Assembly: GCF_945873775.1 (NCBI RefSeq)
Contig: NZ_CAMCEC010000005.1
Location: 63,770-127,769 of the forward strand
Reading direction: 5' to 3'
From: an uncultured Treponema sp.
Lineage (GTDB): Bacteria; Spirochaetota; Spirochaetia; Treponematales; Treponemataceae
DNA: 64,000 nucleotides
Position numbers and translations under genes: made by a program. Shown here in pieces: positions 18,801-28,381 of the stretch (its first letter is position 1; each line of letters begins with the position of its first letter). The notes under the pieces are model-generated. The model searched no databases and had not been told where the DNA came from. It was given only the letters and a program-made list of their open reading frames with translations.

Positions 18801-19684
18801 GAACAGAACTCCTGCGCAGTTACAGAAAAAGAATTTGCATTTTCTTCATCTAAAAAATTAAATGAAAAATTATTTCTGTTTTCTGTAAAATCATTTTTTT
18901 CAACTAATTCTTTTAATTCATTTACAAAAGCATTTTTTTCATCAGCTTCATTTAAAAGTAATTTTAAATTTTCAAACTTCGATTTTATAGAATTTTCATT
19001 TTCATCAAAAAAAGAATTCCAGGATTCAAGTATCTGTTGCTTTTGTATCTGAAAATTATCCGAAAAAAAGTTTTTTCTTGTAGCAACAGAAGTACATTCC
19101 AAAACTGGAGCAGCAAAATAATTCGCTGCAAAATCTTCTATTTTTCCAGGCATAGAATAAATATTAAAGCATTCTTCAGTTCTATGCTTTAAAACAAATG
19201 GAAGGGCAGCATCTTCAACAGCACGATCACAAGATGAAGAACCCGTTGTAAAATCAGGGCGAATTCCGTAGCGGCTAGCAGCAATTCTTACAAGAGAACC
19301 ACTGTAAGCATCAAGAGTTTGAATCTTGGCATCTGCAAATTCATCTAATGCTCTTTTTGCAAGTTCTACCTGCTTTGGATATTTTTCCTTATCAAGAAAT
19401 TTTACAAACGCATTAAGTTTCTTATATATTCGATCATAAATTTCAGAAGCTGCTTCTTTTGTAAAAGTAAGAGCAAGAATATTTTTTACACGTATGTTTT
19501 CATCGGTCATAAGTAAAAAAGCATATCGAAAAGCAAGAACATCTGTTTTTCCAGAACCAGCTCCAGCGGAAACAACTGCATTATCTTTTTTTGTTATTGC
19601 TTTAATCTGAAAAATATCAGGCGATTTTGAATTAGCAGGATTTTCAGTTAAAGGCTCATTTAAAAAATCATAATCAATGCTCAT
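15887..19684 (-). CDS. addA: ATP-dependent helicase/nuclease subunit A
   Basis: SAGAGSGKT, IDEFQDNN, VGDEKQSIYKFRGA, MTIHQSKGL and YVAITRA motifs; C-terminal GSMDL...DYKTD...QLSCY. Confidence 0.9.
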   Translation of the reverse strand: MSIDYDFLNEPLTENPANSKSPDIFQIKAITKKDNAVVSAGAGSGKTDVLAFRYAFLLMTDENIRVKNILALTFTKEAASEIYDRIYKKLNAFVKFLDKEKYPKQVELAKRALDEFADAKIQTLDAYSGSLVRIAASRYGIRPDFTTGSSSCDRAVEDAALPFVLKHRTEECFNIYSMPGKIEDFAANYFAAPVLECTSVATRKNFFSDNFQIQKQQILESWNSFFDENENSIKSKFENLKLLLNEADEKNAFVNELKELVEKNDFTENRNNFSFNFLDEENANSFSVTAQEFCSSINSICSISMNKGGSKEPVKEIKEIIKIIRETIPIVVSVVNFIKNFSAQKRMFELLDEFLEEVNNTKRISGNLSFKDVGDLALRILVEQPDIRKQQKNLIKKIMIDEFQDNNKKNKELLFLISENNGKELLIEDKTETEFFAELEKNVSAEKLFFVGDEKQSIYKFRGADVSVFNELKKSLKDNSGSEENVNLNMTNNYRSSVPLLYSFNLMFGNCDDKRPLNETEIPSLFYSEENGIADIKSYEAEYKHNALKKNEIPASVDASNVPIHLCLLNTGENEDGNNFADFVNYGKCLSEKETEAYFIARKIYELSKKDSNFNNYAILDNSRSGRFYLQRYLSLFNIPYTVDRQTNVFSEGIVNDFYSFLRFCVYPSDSNAFAAFLSSPFAGISMQGVQNILSASVKKTKNSEIIFSAFEENDELSLSDSDLKKYLSAKSFYEELREDILSQSLTKSLEFLWYKTGYYFETILNRNLSLYSEQFDLLYETARQAENEGKSISWFVDQLGIAKKKEISSYMNDESVELELKEISYPLEKPDAVKIMTIHQSKGLQFKHVFVIGIWGNPKAQTTGTFFFDEDGFDEKNATGVSLCALGEGGNYFSVRQKEDSALRELAEQKRKIYVAITRAEEDVHLVGSLSRSKELKKFDESDNAEKKYDGSLSLMHKLCRFYYQKELYADNDFSFESYCNVPVFNKHGAPFDFIKINPVSTKVRADDKISLDELRQKKIELFSSFYDKTPFEKDIDFPQEFFDKTQTPSGLEKLPPKTTVKIDDAFKINEEYSSVDFVLKPASDILEENEEDSASAEFNYADFGKLAHSYLECFVSTGNLLNAENFIDRIVAKKLSENQKAKEILLKTIVSMCEAFKQSDLGKKVADAKRSNRLCKAENKFKFLMDDTIFTGSMDLIFQDSDKKFFIVDYKTDRVAKPELYIEQLSCYRKAASEIFQVDTKDIKTFLYYLRYDKEIDISDYTV

Positions 19685-22560
19685 AAAATTTCCTTTTTTG
19701 CAATATTAAATGATGTTCTGCAAATTGAATTAAGTCCGCACTTCATGCAGTCTTTGTAAACATTTACACCATGCTCTTTGTCCGCTTGAAAATTCTTAGG
19801 CTCAAAATCAAATTCAGCAGATTTTTCATAAAAGTACTCTGCAAAAATTTCAAACTCAGTCAAAGTTTTTTCAAACCCATCTCTGTCTGTGTTATGGCTT
19901 CTTGCATTCGGCACTTTTGAAATAATCTGCACAACATCAAAGTTATCTGCGGAATCCTTTTTTATCTTATAAAACATAGCAGAACAAACTTTCATTTCAT
20001 TGCTTTCCAAAAGCTTTACGTATGAAGCCATTTGAAAGTCTCCTAAAGACGGAATTGAATCAGCATTAAAAATACAGTCTTTTATAGAAGGCGCAGAACC
20101 AGTCTTATAGTCAATGATAAACAGTTCGTCAGGCTCATCAGGATTTAAAAGCACGCAGTCAATCTTTCCAAAGAAGTCGAATTGTCCTGAACTGCATGGA
20201 ACTTCTTTTTCAATTTCAACCCCTTCAATAAAATATCCGCCGAAGTTCTTGCATCCTTTTTTATCAGAACAATCTGGCAACGCACAAAACTGTCTGAAAA
20301 ACAAAAATACATTTTTACAAATAAGTTCTTTCTGGCTTTCAATAATTCTAAGAGCAAGCGGACTTCTTGAAAATCCTGAACGAAGTTTAGCTTCATCAAA
20401 GGAAGAATAAATCAGTTGCTCTATCTGCCCAGAAGTTTCTTCACTGAATACTGGAATCTTTCCTTTATAAATTCCATCTTTATCTTGAAAGTTTTTACAT
20501 ACAAGCTCAATTGTTTTATGAATAAGAACGCCAGCCTCATAGTTTTTTATAAGGTCTACATCTAAAGAATCTTCTTTTAAACTTAAAACTTTTGTAAAAA
20601 TAAATTTTCTTGGACAAGGAAAAAAACTCTTTAATTCTGTCTGAGAAATTTTTACTTTTTCAGGATTTGAATTTTTTCCTTTATCTCTTAGCTCTGCATT
20701 GATTTTATTTTTTAAAGAATCAGATATACAAGAAGAATTGCCGAAAGCAAAAACATTTTTCCAATTATAAAAAGATTTCTGCTGCATTTCTGAAAAAACA
20801 CGCTCCGAAACAACTCCGTCTTTAAAATCTTTTTTTTCATTATTAATAAAATCAAATTGCTCAAGAGTTTTTTCACCTGCTTGCTCATAAGATTCAAGCG
20901 CAGTATGCATAATTGCAGAACCAGAAAATGATTTTTTCGATGCAGAAAAAAACACCTGCTTATTTTTTAACGTTCTCTGTTGACTGCAATAGAGTTTTAT
21001 AAAATCAACAGAAGCGTCTTTTTCATTTAAATCAAGCAACGCACGTTTTTCAACATCATTTATAAACCCAAGTTTTTTAAAAGGAACTGAAATATCTCTT
21101 TGGGTTGCATTTATTACAAACTGATATTCAAAATCCGCGCAAACAGAAAGCCTATAAGGAAAAACATTAACTCCATATTTCTTTTCATTAGGCGTATAAG
21201 TCTTCTGGTTAATTTCATTTATAAAAAAATCAAAGGCAGAATTTAATTTATAATTTATTTTTGAAAGATAATCATGCTCAATAGACACAAGATTATTTAA
21301 ATCAGTAATTATTCGTCCTAGGATTTTATCAGTTGTCTTGTAACGCTCTTCATTAAATTTTTTTTCATCAACAAATTTACTTTTAAAATTGTCCCATGCA
21401 AATTTCAGTTTTTGAAAACTAGATGCATTTTCAAATTGCAAAACAGCGTCTTTGATTTTTAAATAAAATTCTCTCTCTGCGCTTCCATCATCAAGTGAAG
21501 AAAGCCATATATCTTTGATAGATTCACCTTCTTCATAGCTGCATACACATCTTTTTTCATTTCCTGCTCTTACAAGACGCTCATTTAAATCAAAATCTTT
21601 CCACGGAATATATCCATCAAGCAAAAACGAACGTACACTGTCATAAGAAAAGTTAGAAGAAGCGCAGTCTTTTATTTTTTGAAAAATATCTCCGCCGCAA
21701 TTCTTTGTATATGGAACTCCAGCACGCACAGTGAACGGAACAGAATAAATTGACAGTTCTCTTTCCAAATAAGGTCTGATATTTTCCAAGTCAGGAACAT
21801 TGACGGCCACTGTACGCAAGTCAATTTTTTCAAGATGCAACTGCCTAAGCCTAAGAGCAAGCATTCTAATTTCCTTTCGCGCATCATTATAAAAAACACA
21901 CTTGCCGCTCTGCGCATTCTTGGGAATACAAACCAATGTTACATTTTCTTCCGCACAAAGAATATTCTGAAATTCCGCAAAGTCTTCAAGAATCTCTGGA
22001 TAAAAAATAAAAATTCGCTTTTCATTCTTCTTGAAATTTGAATCTAAATAAGAAGGCTCATAAAAACTGTTCTGCGTCAAAAATTCTTTGTAAAGCTCAA
22101 AAAGTTTTTTGTAGTCATTATCTTCATCATCAGGAATTTTTCCTGCGGCGCAATACTTTTCAAACTGCTCATTCCAAAGTTTTAATGAAGGAAGAATCTT
22201 TGCAATCCAATCTGTAAAGCTAAAAACATTATCCTTGAACTCTGGCGCAGAAGAAACAATTCTTTTAAAGAAATGCTTCTCATTATTTTCTGAAAGGATT
22301 TTTTGAACAAAAACTTTTCGCACAACTGGAGGAATACAAATAAGATTTTCGTCAGCAGCCTTTAAATAATCAGACTTGAATTTATCCCATGCCGTAAACT
22401 GATCAAGATTAAAAGCCCGCACACCAGATTCATCCGAATTTTTTACAGTCCAATTTATCCAGCTTGTCTGAACAACATCAGTAGGAAAAACAAAAAGTGA
22501 ATCTATATTCTTTATATTAGCCGCAATGACTTCTGAAATCTTTTCTTCACTAAAATTCAT
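19681..22560 (-). CDS. addB: ATP-dependent helicase/nuclease subunit B (PD-(D/E)XK, Fe-S)
   Basis: Overlaps the addA start; degenerate helicase N-terminus; FPCPRKF...GKIDC...DYKTG...QMASY...CMKCGLNSIC. Confidence 0.85.
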   Translation of the reverse strand: MNFSEEKISEVIAANIKNIDSLFVFPTDVVQTSWINWTVKNSDESGVRAFNLDQFTAWDKFKSDYLKAADENLICIPPVVRKVFVQKILSENNEKHFFKRIVSSAPEFKDNVFSFTDWIAKILPSLKLWNEQFEKYCAAGKIPDDEDNDYKKLFELYKEFLTQNSFYEPSYLDSNFKKNEKRIFIFYPEILEDFAEFQNILCAEENVTLVCIPKNAQSGKCVFYNDARKEIRMLALRLRQLHLEKIDLRTVAVNVPDLENIRPYLERELSIYSVPFTVRAGVPYTKNCGGDIFQKIKDCASSNFSYDSVRSFLLDGYIPWKDFDLNERLVRAGNEKRCVCSYEEGESIKDIWLSSLDDGSAEREFYLKIKDAVLQFENASSFQKLKFAWDNFKSKFVDEKKFNEERYKTTDKILGRIITDLNNLVSIEHDYLSKINYKLNSAFDFFINEINQKTYTPNEKKYGVNVFPYRLSVCADFEYQFVINATQRDISVPFKKLGFINDVEKRALLDLNEKDASVDFIKLYCSQQRTLKNKQVFFSASKKSFSGSAIMHTALESYEQAGEKTLEQFDFINNEKKDFKDGVVSERVFSEMQQKSFYNWKNVFAFGNSSCISDSLKNKINAELRDKGKNSNPEKVKISQTELKSFFPCPRKFIFTKVLSLKEDSLDVDLIKNYEAGVLIHKTIELVCKNFQDKDGIYKGKIPVFSEETSGQIEQLIYSSFDEAKLRSGFSRSPLALRIIESQKELICKNVFLFFRQFCALPDCSDKKGCKNFGGYFIEGVEIEKEVPCSSGQFDFFGKIDCVLLNPDEPDELFIIDYKTGSAPSIKDCIFNADSIPSLGDFQMASYVKLLESNEMKVCSAMFYKIKKDSADNFDVVQIISKVPNARSHNTDRDGFEKTLTEFEIFAEYFYEKSAEFDFEPKNFQADKEHGVNVYKDCMKCGLNSICRTSFNIAKKEIL

Positions 22561-22675
22561 AGACTAATAATATAGCACATAATTTCTTATTTTTAGACAA
22601 AAAGTAGATTTTCGTAGAATTTTTTTTCAATAAAGTGTTTTTTTTTACTAAAAAAATAAATGCACTATAAAACAA

Positions 22676-22716
22676 AGCAGACTGCCTAAAAGATTGTTCT
22701 AATTAGACAGTCTGCT
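22676..22716 (-). terminator. Hairpin downstream of the small ORF
   Basis: AGCAGACTG-C-CTAA / TTAG-A-CAGTCTGCT inverted repeat. Confidence 0.5.
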
Positions 22717-22735
22717 GCTTAGTTTTAAATAACCG

Positions 22736-23047
22736 CTATTTCTTGCCAGCTATTCCAAATTCCTGCCATCCCGTCTGTGGAATAGTCAGCTTTACACGCT
22801 TTCTTGCATCCCTGATACGCAAATCCAATCTTCTAGTTTCTTCTGCAATGTCCAAAGTACAAGTTTTTAGATCAGACTTAAGTTTTTCCTGCTTGCTGTC
22901 AAGATTTTGAAGATTTGCAACAATGCTATCAAGTTCCAAAGCATTCTCTTCTCCTAAGCTTACACTTGCAAGCTCCTCTTTGTGAGCCTTAATGCCAGCC
23001 GACATCAGCCGTGCGTCGCTCATTTTCTGTGCAAACGTATTGCCCAT
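22736..23047 (-). CDS. Small alpha-helical hypothetical protein (103 aa)
   Basis: AGGAG RBS; coiled-coil-like body; C-terminal RKRVKLTIPQTGWQEFGI motif; own terminator. Confidence 0.75.
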   Translation of the reverse strand: MGNTFAQKMSDARLMSAGIKAHKEELASVSLGEENALELDSIVANLQNLDSKQEKLKSDLKTCTLDIAEETRRLDLRIRDARKRVKLTIPQTGWQEFGIAGKK

Positions 23048-23365
23048 TGTTCTTCTCCTTTAAAAAATTAAGACAAAGACCTCTCTTTAGAATTAATTTT
23101 TTAAGCCGCTCCGAAAAATATTTTACGAAGCATAAGTTGATAAATAGTTTGCAACGCAAACTTCAAATGATTAAAATCAACAGAAGTTCTGTCAATTTCC
23201 ATTTTCTCTCCTTTTTTCGATTTCAACCTAGAAACCGATAATAAAAAGGTAAAAAAACTTTTAGGAATTTTCAAGGAAAAATCAAAATTTATTTAAAAAA
23301 GCAGTTAAAAATTGCAAAATAAAAAAATCTGCAATAAAAAAGCCAATTGCAGACCAAACTAAAGA

Positions 23366-23638
23366 ATAATTATCTGGATTTTCAGAAAAATTAACTATTT
23401 TTAAAGCAAAAACACTTCGACCTTTATTAAAAACACTTGTTCCTAGCTCAAATTCATCCGTTTTTTAAAGAAAAGTACTTGTTTTTAGTGTAAAATTATA
23501 TATCTTTTCTCTAAAAACACATGAATTTCCACAAAAAACATCTGTTTTTAAAGCCAAAACACATATATTTAGTCATAAACTAGATGTTTTTTATACAGAT
23601 ACAAGTATTTTTTCTAATAAACTAAAAAAGCCGAAAAA
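23366..23638. repeat. Degenerate non-coding tandem array, 21-bp period, ~13 units
   Basis: AAAAACAC-like words recur at 23408, 23429, 23471, 23492, 23513, 23534, 23555, 23576, 23597 and 23618; stops occur in all frames checked. Confidence 0.7.
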
Positions 23639-23697
23639 CAAACAATGTCATTTTCCAGCTTTTGTAAGTTATTCAGCAATAAACTTTCTATATTTCT

Positions 23698-25758
23698 CTA
23701 TACTTTGAACAAATCGACCTCGTCCCCAAGTTTCTTTATAGACTGAGCCATAAGATTAGAAATTCCAGACAAGGCATTTCCTGTTTCATTTATTTTTCTT
23801 GCGCCGGCAGACATTTCACTCATTCCTTGTTTCATGCTCAATGTCGAATCTTGCAAAGTTTTTATTTCATTTAGAATAGCCTTGCCGCCCTCTGACATCT
23901 GTTTGGACGATTCTCTTACCTGCACGGTACTATCATTCATCTGTGTAAGAGCAAGAGAAATCTGGCGAGAACCTTCTCCTTGTTCCTGCATAGCATTTTT
24001 TATCTGCGACACAAGATTATTTGTCTCTATCATTTCATTTGAAACAGCAGAAAAAGTTTCAGATGCAATCTTTGAGGCGGAAACAATCTCTTCAATTCCA
24101 TCAGTTATTTTCTGCAGCTGGTCTCCAATTGTCTTTGACTGTTCAGATGAAGTTTCAGAAAGCTTGCGGATTTCGTCTGCAACAACGCTAAAGCCTTTTC
24201 CAGCCTCACCTGCGTGGGCGGCTTCAATTGCTGCATTCATGGCAAGAAGATTTGTCTGTTCCGCAATACTTGAAATAACGGCATTTGCTTCCTGCAAAGA
24301 CTGGGATTCGCTTGCAATGACAAGAATCCTTGAATTCACATCATCCTGCTTCTGCACGCCTTCAGAAGACTTCTGCTCAAGGCTTTCAAATGAAGAGGCC
24401 ATTTTTCCAACAGAAGAATTTACAGAATTTATGTTGCCAATCATCTGCTCAACAGCCGCGGAAGCTTCTGTAACACAGGCAGACTGGCTTTCAATCATAT
24501 TATTAAGATTGTCAATTCCAATAGAAATTTTATCAAGAACATTTGTTGTCTGATCTACGCTTTCGGAGTTGCTGTTTATGCCAGTTTCAACATTCTTAAT
24601 ATTGGAAATTATCTGGCTTATAGAAGTAGCAGTATCTTGTGTTCCAGCATCCAAATCAGAATCTACTTTTAGAAGCTCGTCCTTCAGCTGTTTTATAACA
24701 AGAATTATGTTTTGCAGTTTTTCCATAAAGGTATTAAAGCTGATTATAATTCCGCCTATTTCGTCATTGCTCATTTTCTTAAGTTCAATTCGCTTGGTCA
24801 AATCAGCATTTCCTGAAGCAATTTTATTTATAGACTGCTCAAGAACAATAAGAGGCTGCGTCTTGCGGATTAAATTAATAGCCACTCCAGAAATTACAGC
24901 AATTCCTATGATAAAGTTTGAAACAACTATAATAGAAACAATTTTCCTAAAAATACTAAGAACTTCCGCCTCGGAAATAACTATGCAGTTACGCCAGTCA
25001 GTTCCTTCAACAATGGAATAAAAAAGGTAATATTTTCCATTAGCAGTATTTATAATGCCGTTTCCATTTACACTTGAACTAGAAAGAATTTTCTTTGCAT
25101 CTTCTGTTGCAAAAAGCTTATCAACCTCTTTTGAATCTCCAGAAGAAGCTATCATAAGTCCAGTTCCAGAAATAAGGGCAGAAACTCCAGTATTTCCAAG
25201 TTCTGTATTTTCTACAAAACGGCTTATCCGTTCCGAAGTTGTTACTCCAGAGAAAAATCCAATTGTCTTCCCGTTGAGTTTAACCGCACGGTTGATGTGG
25301 ATAACTAATTTTCCAGAAACTTTAGAAGGACTAGGATTGTCTACAAATGAATCAGCTCCATTCTGCATTATCGCCTTAAAATAATCACGATCTGTTACAA
25401 CTGTATGAGTTCCCATGTCAGATTTAAAGTTTCCGTCTTGGTCAACAAAGGCTACATAATCAAACCAAGATCTTCTTAAATATGAATGGCTTTGCAGCCA
25501 AGAAACTATTTCAGCAGGATTTCCAGTTTTGCAAACATCGGCATTGACATATACATCCATTCCGACCTTAGATTTTTCAAGAACAGAAGATATTTCAGAA
25601 GAATAAGACCTTGCAAGCTCTGAATAGTCGGAATAAGCGTCTTCCAGCAAATCTTTTCTTGTTAAATTTACAATAATAATAAGCTGAATGGCAACTAAAA
25701 ACATTATAATAAGCGATGTCTGAACTCCAATTGAAACTGAAAGTTTTCCTTTTTTCAT
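23698..25758 (-). CDS. Methyl-accepting chemotaxis protein (Cache, HAMP and signalling domains)
   Basis: Two TM segments, RDYF Cache motif, HAMP, and IAEQTNLLAMNAAIEAAHAGEAGKGFSVVADEIRKL. Confidence 0.95.
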   Translation of the reverse strand: MKKGKLSVSIGVQTSLIIMFLVAIQLIIIVNLTRKDLLEDAYSDYSELARSYSSEISSVLEKSKVGMDVYVNADVCKTGNPAEIVSWLQSHSYLRRSWFDYVAFVDQDGNFKSDMGTHTVVTDRDYFKAIMQNGADSFVDNPSPSKVSGKLVIHINRAVKLNGKTIGFFSGVTTSERISRFVENTELGNTGVSALISGTGLMIASSGDSKEVDKLFATEDAKKILSSSSVNGNGIINTANGKYYLFYSIVEGTDWRNCIVISEAEVLSIFRKIVSIIVVSNFIIGIAVISGVAINLIRKTQPLIVLEQSINKIASGNADLTKRIELKKMSNDEIGGIIISFNTFMEKLQNIILVIKQLKDELLKVDSDLDAGTQDTATSISQIISNIKNVETGINSNSESVDQTTNVLDKISIGIDNLNNMIESQSACVTEASAAVEQMIGNINSVNSSVGKMASSFESLEQKSSEGVQKQDDVNSRILVIASESQSLQEANAVISSIAEQTNLLAMNAAIEAAHAGEAGKGFSVVADEIRKLSETSSEQSKTIGDQLQKITDGIEEIVSASKIASETFSAVSNEMIETNNLVSQIKNAMQEQGEGSRQISLALTQMNDSTVQVRESSKQMSEGGKAILNEIKTLQDSTLSMKQGMSEMSAGARKINETGNALSGISNLMAQSIKKLGDEVDLFKV

Positions 25759-26063
25759 ATTTTCACCTATAAAATACTCTTGATTTTTATATTATAAATC
25801 CATATCAGAAAAAATAAAAGTGTTCAAAACTTAAAAAGTCAGTTATTTTCATTTAAATTTGTCTTTTTATCTAAAATTTAGTATTATCTTTTACACAAAG
25901 GGAGTTTCTAAAAGTTTCAGTTTTTAGAAACAACTCTGAAAATGCGATGTTTTAATTCGTGCTATTATAACAAATTAAAACTCGCAGGCATCTCTAAAAA
26001 TAAACTGTAATGAACTATAAAGTGAGTTTTAGAGATACCCAAAACATATTTATAGAGGCATTT

Positions 26064-27284
26064 ATGAAGAAATTAACACCTATAACACTCCTATGCGGTT
26101 ATCTTGGAGCAGGAAAAACAACTCTTCTAAACAAAGTTCTTTCAAATCAGGAAGGATATAAAGTCGCAGTTATTGTAAATGACATCGGCGAAGTGAATTT
26201 TGACGAAAAACTTATTGCCGACGGGGCAAAAATTACAGACACATCAAGCATTGTTCCTTTAACAAACGGATGTATCTGCTGCACACTCAAAACTCAGCTC
26301 GCACAGAATATAGAGAATCTCATAAAGAGCGGAAAATTCGATTATATTATGATTGAAGCAAGCGGTGTATGCGAGCCAATGCCTATTGTTCAGGAGCTTG
26401 AAACTATAAAGAACGGCAAAGTTGACAATGTTGTAGGCGTTGTTGACGCAGCACGTCTTGTAGATGAATTTGCAGGCGGCGACAAACTCTTGAAAAAGGA
26501 TTCTATTGAGGAAGAAGACGTAGAAAGCCTTCTTGTTCAGCAGATTGAGTTCTGTTCCACACTTGTAATAAACAAAAAGGACTTGGTTTCTGATGAAGAA
26601 TTTAAGAAAGTACGCAAAGTTATCGAAGTTCTTCATCCGGGCGTAAAGATAATTGAAACAAGCCATGGCGATGTAGACGTAAAAGAAATCATGGGAACAA
26701 ATTCCTTTGAATTTGACAGCGTTTATGCAAGCGCAGGCTGGTGCAAGCATCTTGAAGAAGACGAAGTTGAGGATGAACATCATGAAGAACACCACCACCA
26801 TGAAGAAGAGCACGGTGAACACGAAGAACATCATCACCACGAACATGATGAGCACGACCATGAAGGACACGAACATCACCATCATCATGAGCACCGCCAC
26901 GAAGGAGAAAGCGAAGACGAGTACGGAATAGGAACTTTCATCTATTATAGAAGAAAACCGTTTGACCGCCAGCTTTTAGACGAATATGCAAACACTTGGC
27001 CTCGCAATATAATCCGCTGTAAAGGTCTTATGTGGTTCGCAGATGAGCCAGAGATGGCTTGGGTATTCGAAACTTCAGGCAGACAGATTCAAGCAGGCTA
27101 TTCTGGACAGTGGGTTGCAGCCTGTTCACCTGCCGAACAGAAGAAAATCCTTGAAGAAAATCCAAAGATAAAGGATGAATGGGATAAAGATGTGGGCGAC
27201 AGAATGATTAAGCTCTGTATAATAGGTCAGAATCTGGACAAGGAAAAGATTTGTGCAGAACTTGATAAATGCCTTGCAAAATAA
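26064..27284 (+). CDS. COG0523/CobW-family metal-chaperone GTPase with a His-rich insert
   Basis: GYLGAGKTT, GCICC, EASGV, NKKD; His/Glu-rich run; CobW_C RCKG...WV. Confidence 0.92.
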   Translation: MKKLTPITLLCGYLGAGKTTLLNKVLSNQEGYKVAVIVNDIGEVNFDEKLIADGAKITDTSSIVPLTNGCICCTLKTQLAQNIENLIKSGKFDYIMIEASGVCEPMPIVQELETIKNGKVDNVVGVVDAARLVDEFAGGDKLLKKDSIEEEDVESLLVQQIEFCSTLVINKKDLVSDEEFKKVRKVIEVLHPGVKIIETSHGDVDVKEIMGTNSFEFDSVYASAGWCKHLEEDEVEDEHHEEHHHHEEEHGEHEEHHHHEHDEHDHEGHEHHHHHEHRHEGESEDEYGIGTFIYYRRKPFDRQLLDEYANTWPRNIIRCKGLMWFADEPEMAWVFETSGRQIQAGYSGQWVAACSPAEQKKILEENPKIKDEWDKDVGDRMIKLCIIGQNLDKEKICAELDKCLAK

Positions 27285-27340
27285 AAGCACATTCAGCAGT
27301 TTATTTTGTTTAAGCTGCTGAAACTACTTGGAATATATTT

Positions 27341-28381
27341 ATGAAAGAAGATTTTGCAGTTAAATACCACAGAATTCTATGCAAAAAAACGCCAGATTTT
27401 CTAAGTAAATATATTTCATTGCCTATTTTAAAGCGTCTTGAAGGCGTTGGACTTTTATGCGGAACTGACTGGACGCCTCTTTTTCACAACAGTTTCTTTT
27501 ATTCTCGGCTTGACCATTCAATAGGAACTGCTTTAATTGTCTGGAACTTTACAAAGGACAAAAAACAGACAATCGCAGCTCTCCTTCATGATGTTTCAAC
27601 ACCTGCATTCAGCCACGTTTCTGATTTTAAGAACGGAGACGCTCTTACACAAAGCAGCACAGAAAATTTAAATGCACAGTTAATAGAAAATGATTCAGAA
27701 CTTCTTGAATTTCTAAAGCATGACGGAATAAATGTTGCAGAAGTAAACGACTATCATATCTATCCTGTTGCCGACAATGAAATTCCGGGTTTAAGCGCAG
27801 ACCGTTTGGAATATATGTATCCAAGCGGAGCGGCGTTGGATTCGATTTGGGCTTTAAACGAAATAGAAAGTAGCTACAATCACATAAATATCTTGAAAAA
27901 TGAAAAAGGAATTCCAGAATTGGGCTTTTTAGAAGAAGATGAATGCCTGATTTATACAAAAAAATTCATTCAAACAAGCATGATTCTTCAGCGGAATGAA
28001 GATAAAATTGCAATGCAGCTTATGGCGGACATACTGACACTTGCGGAAGAAAGCAAAATCATAAAACCAAGTGAACTTTTTGCATTTTCTGAAAAAGAAC
28101 TTATAGAAATATTTACAAAATCAGCAAAAGCAAATCCTTCTTGGAAATTTTCAAAATATTTCAGGACATTCCGTGGAATGAAAAAGATTTTCCGTTCTGA
28201 AAATGAAATAAAAGGCTTTTACAGTGTTGATTTGCAAGTAAAAAGACGCTACATAAATCCGCTCGTCAAAACAAAAAACGGCGCAAAAAGAATTTCAGAA
28301 ATAAATAAAGAAGCAAAAGAAATTATAGAACAGTTTTTACACTTCAATGATACAAAATTTGGCTGTGTGGAGTTTCTATGA
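27341..28381 (+). CDS. HD-domain phosphohydrolase
   Basis: SRLDHSIG...ALLHDVSTPAFSH...ADRLEY. Confidence 0.85.
   Translation: MKEDFAVKYHRILCKKTPDFLSKYISLPILKRLEGVGLLCGTDWTPLFHNSFFYSRLDHSIGTALIVWNFTKDKKQTIAALLHDVSTPAFSHVSDFKNGDALTQSSTENLNAQLIENDSELLEFLKHDGINVAEVNDYHIYPVADNEIPGLSADRLEYMYPSGAALDSIWALNEIESSYNHINILKNEKGIPELGFLEEDECLIYTKKFIQTSMILQRNEDKIAMQLMADILTLAEESKIIKPSELFAFSEKELIEIFTKSAKANPSWKFSKYFRTFRGMKKIFRSENEIKGFYSVDLQVKRRYINPLVKTKNGAKRISEINKEAKEIIEQFLHFNDTKFGCVEFL

Noticed and set aside
23366-23638. CRISPR array interpretation of the 21-bp array (also of the 20-bp array at 57811-58010 and the GTTTTAGAG-like words near 26030)
   Set aside because: The units are contiguous and degenerate with no unique spacers, and no cas1/cas2 is present in the window.
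26767-26905. CAT/CAC/GAA-rich repetitive DNA
   Set aside because: It encodes the usual His/Glu-rich insert of COG0523 proteins. The antisense 213-aa ORF (26259-26900) is its shadow.
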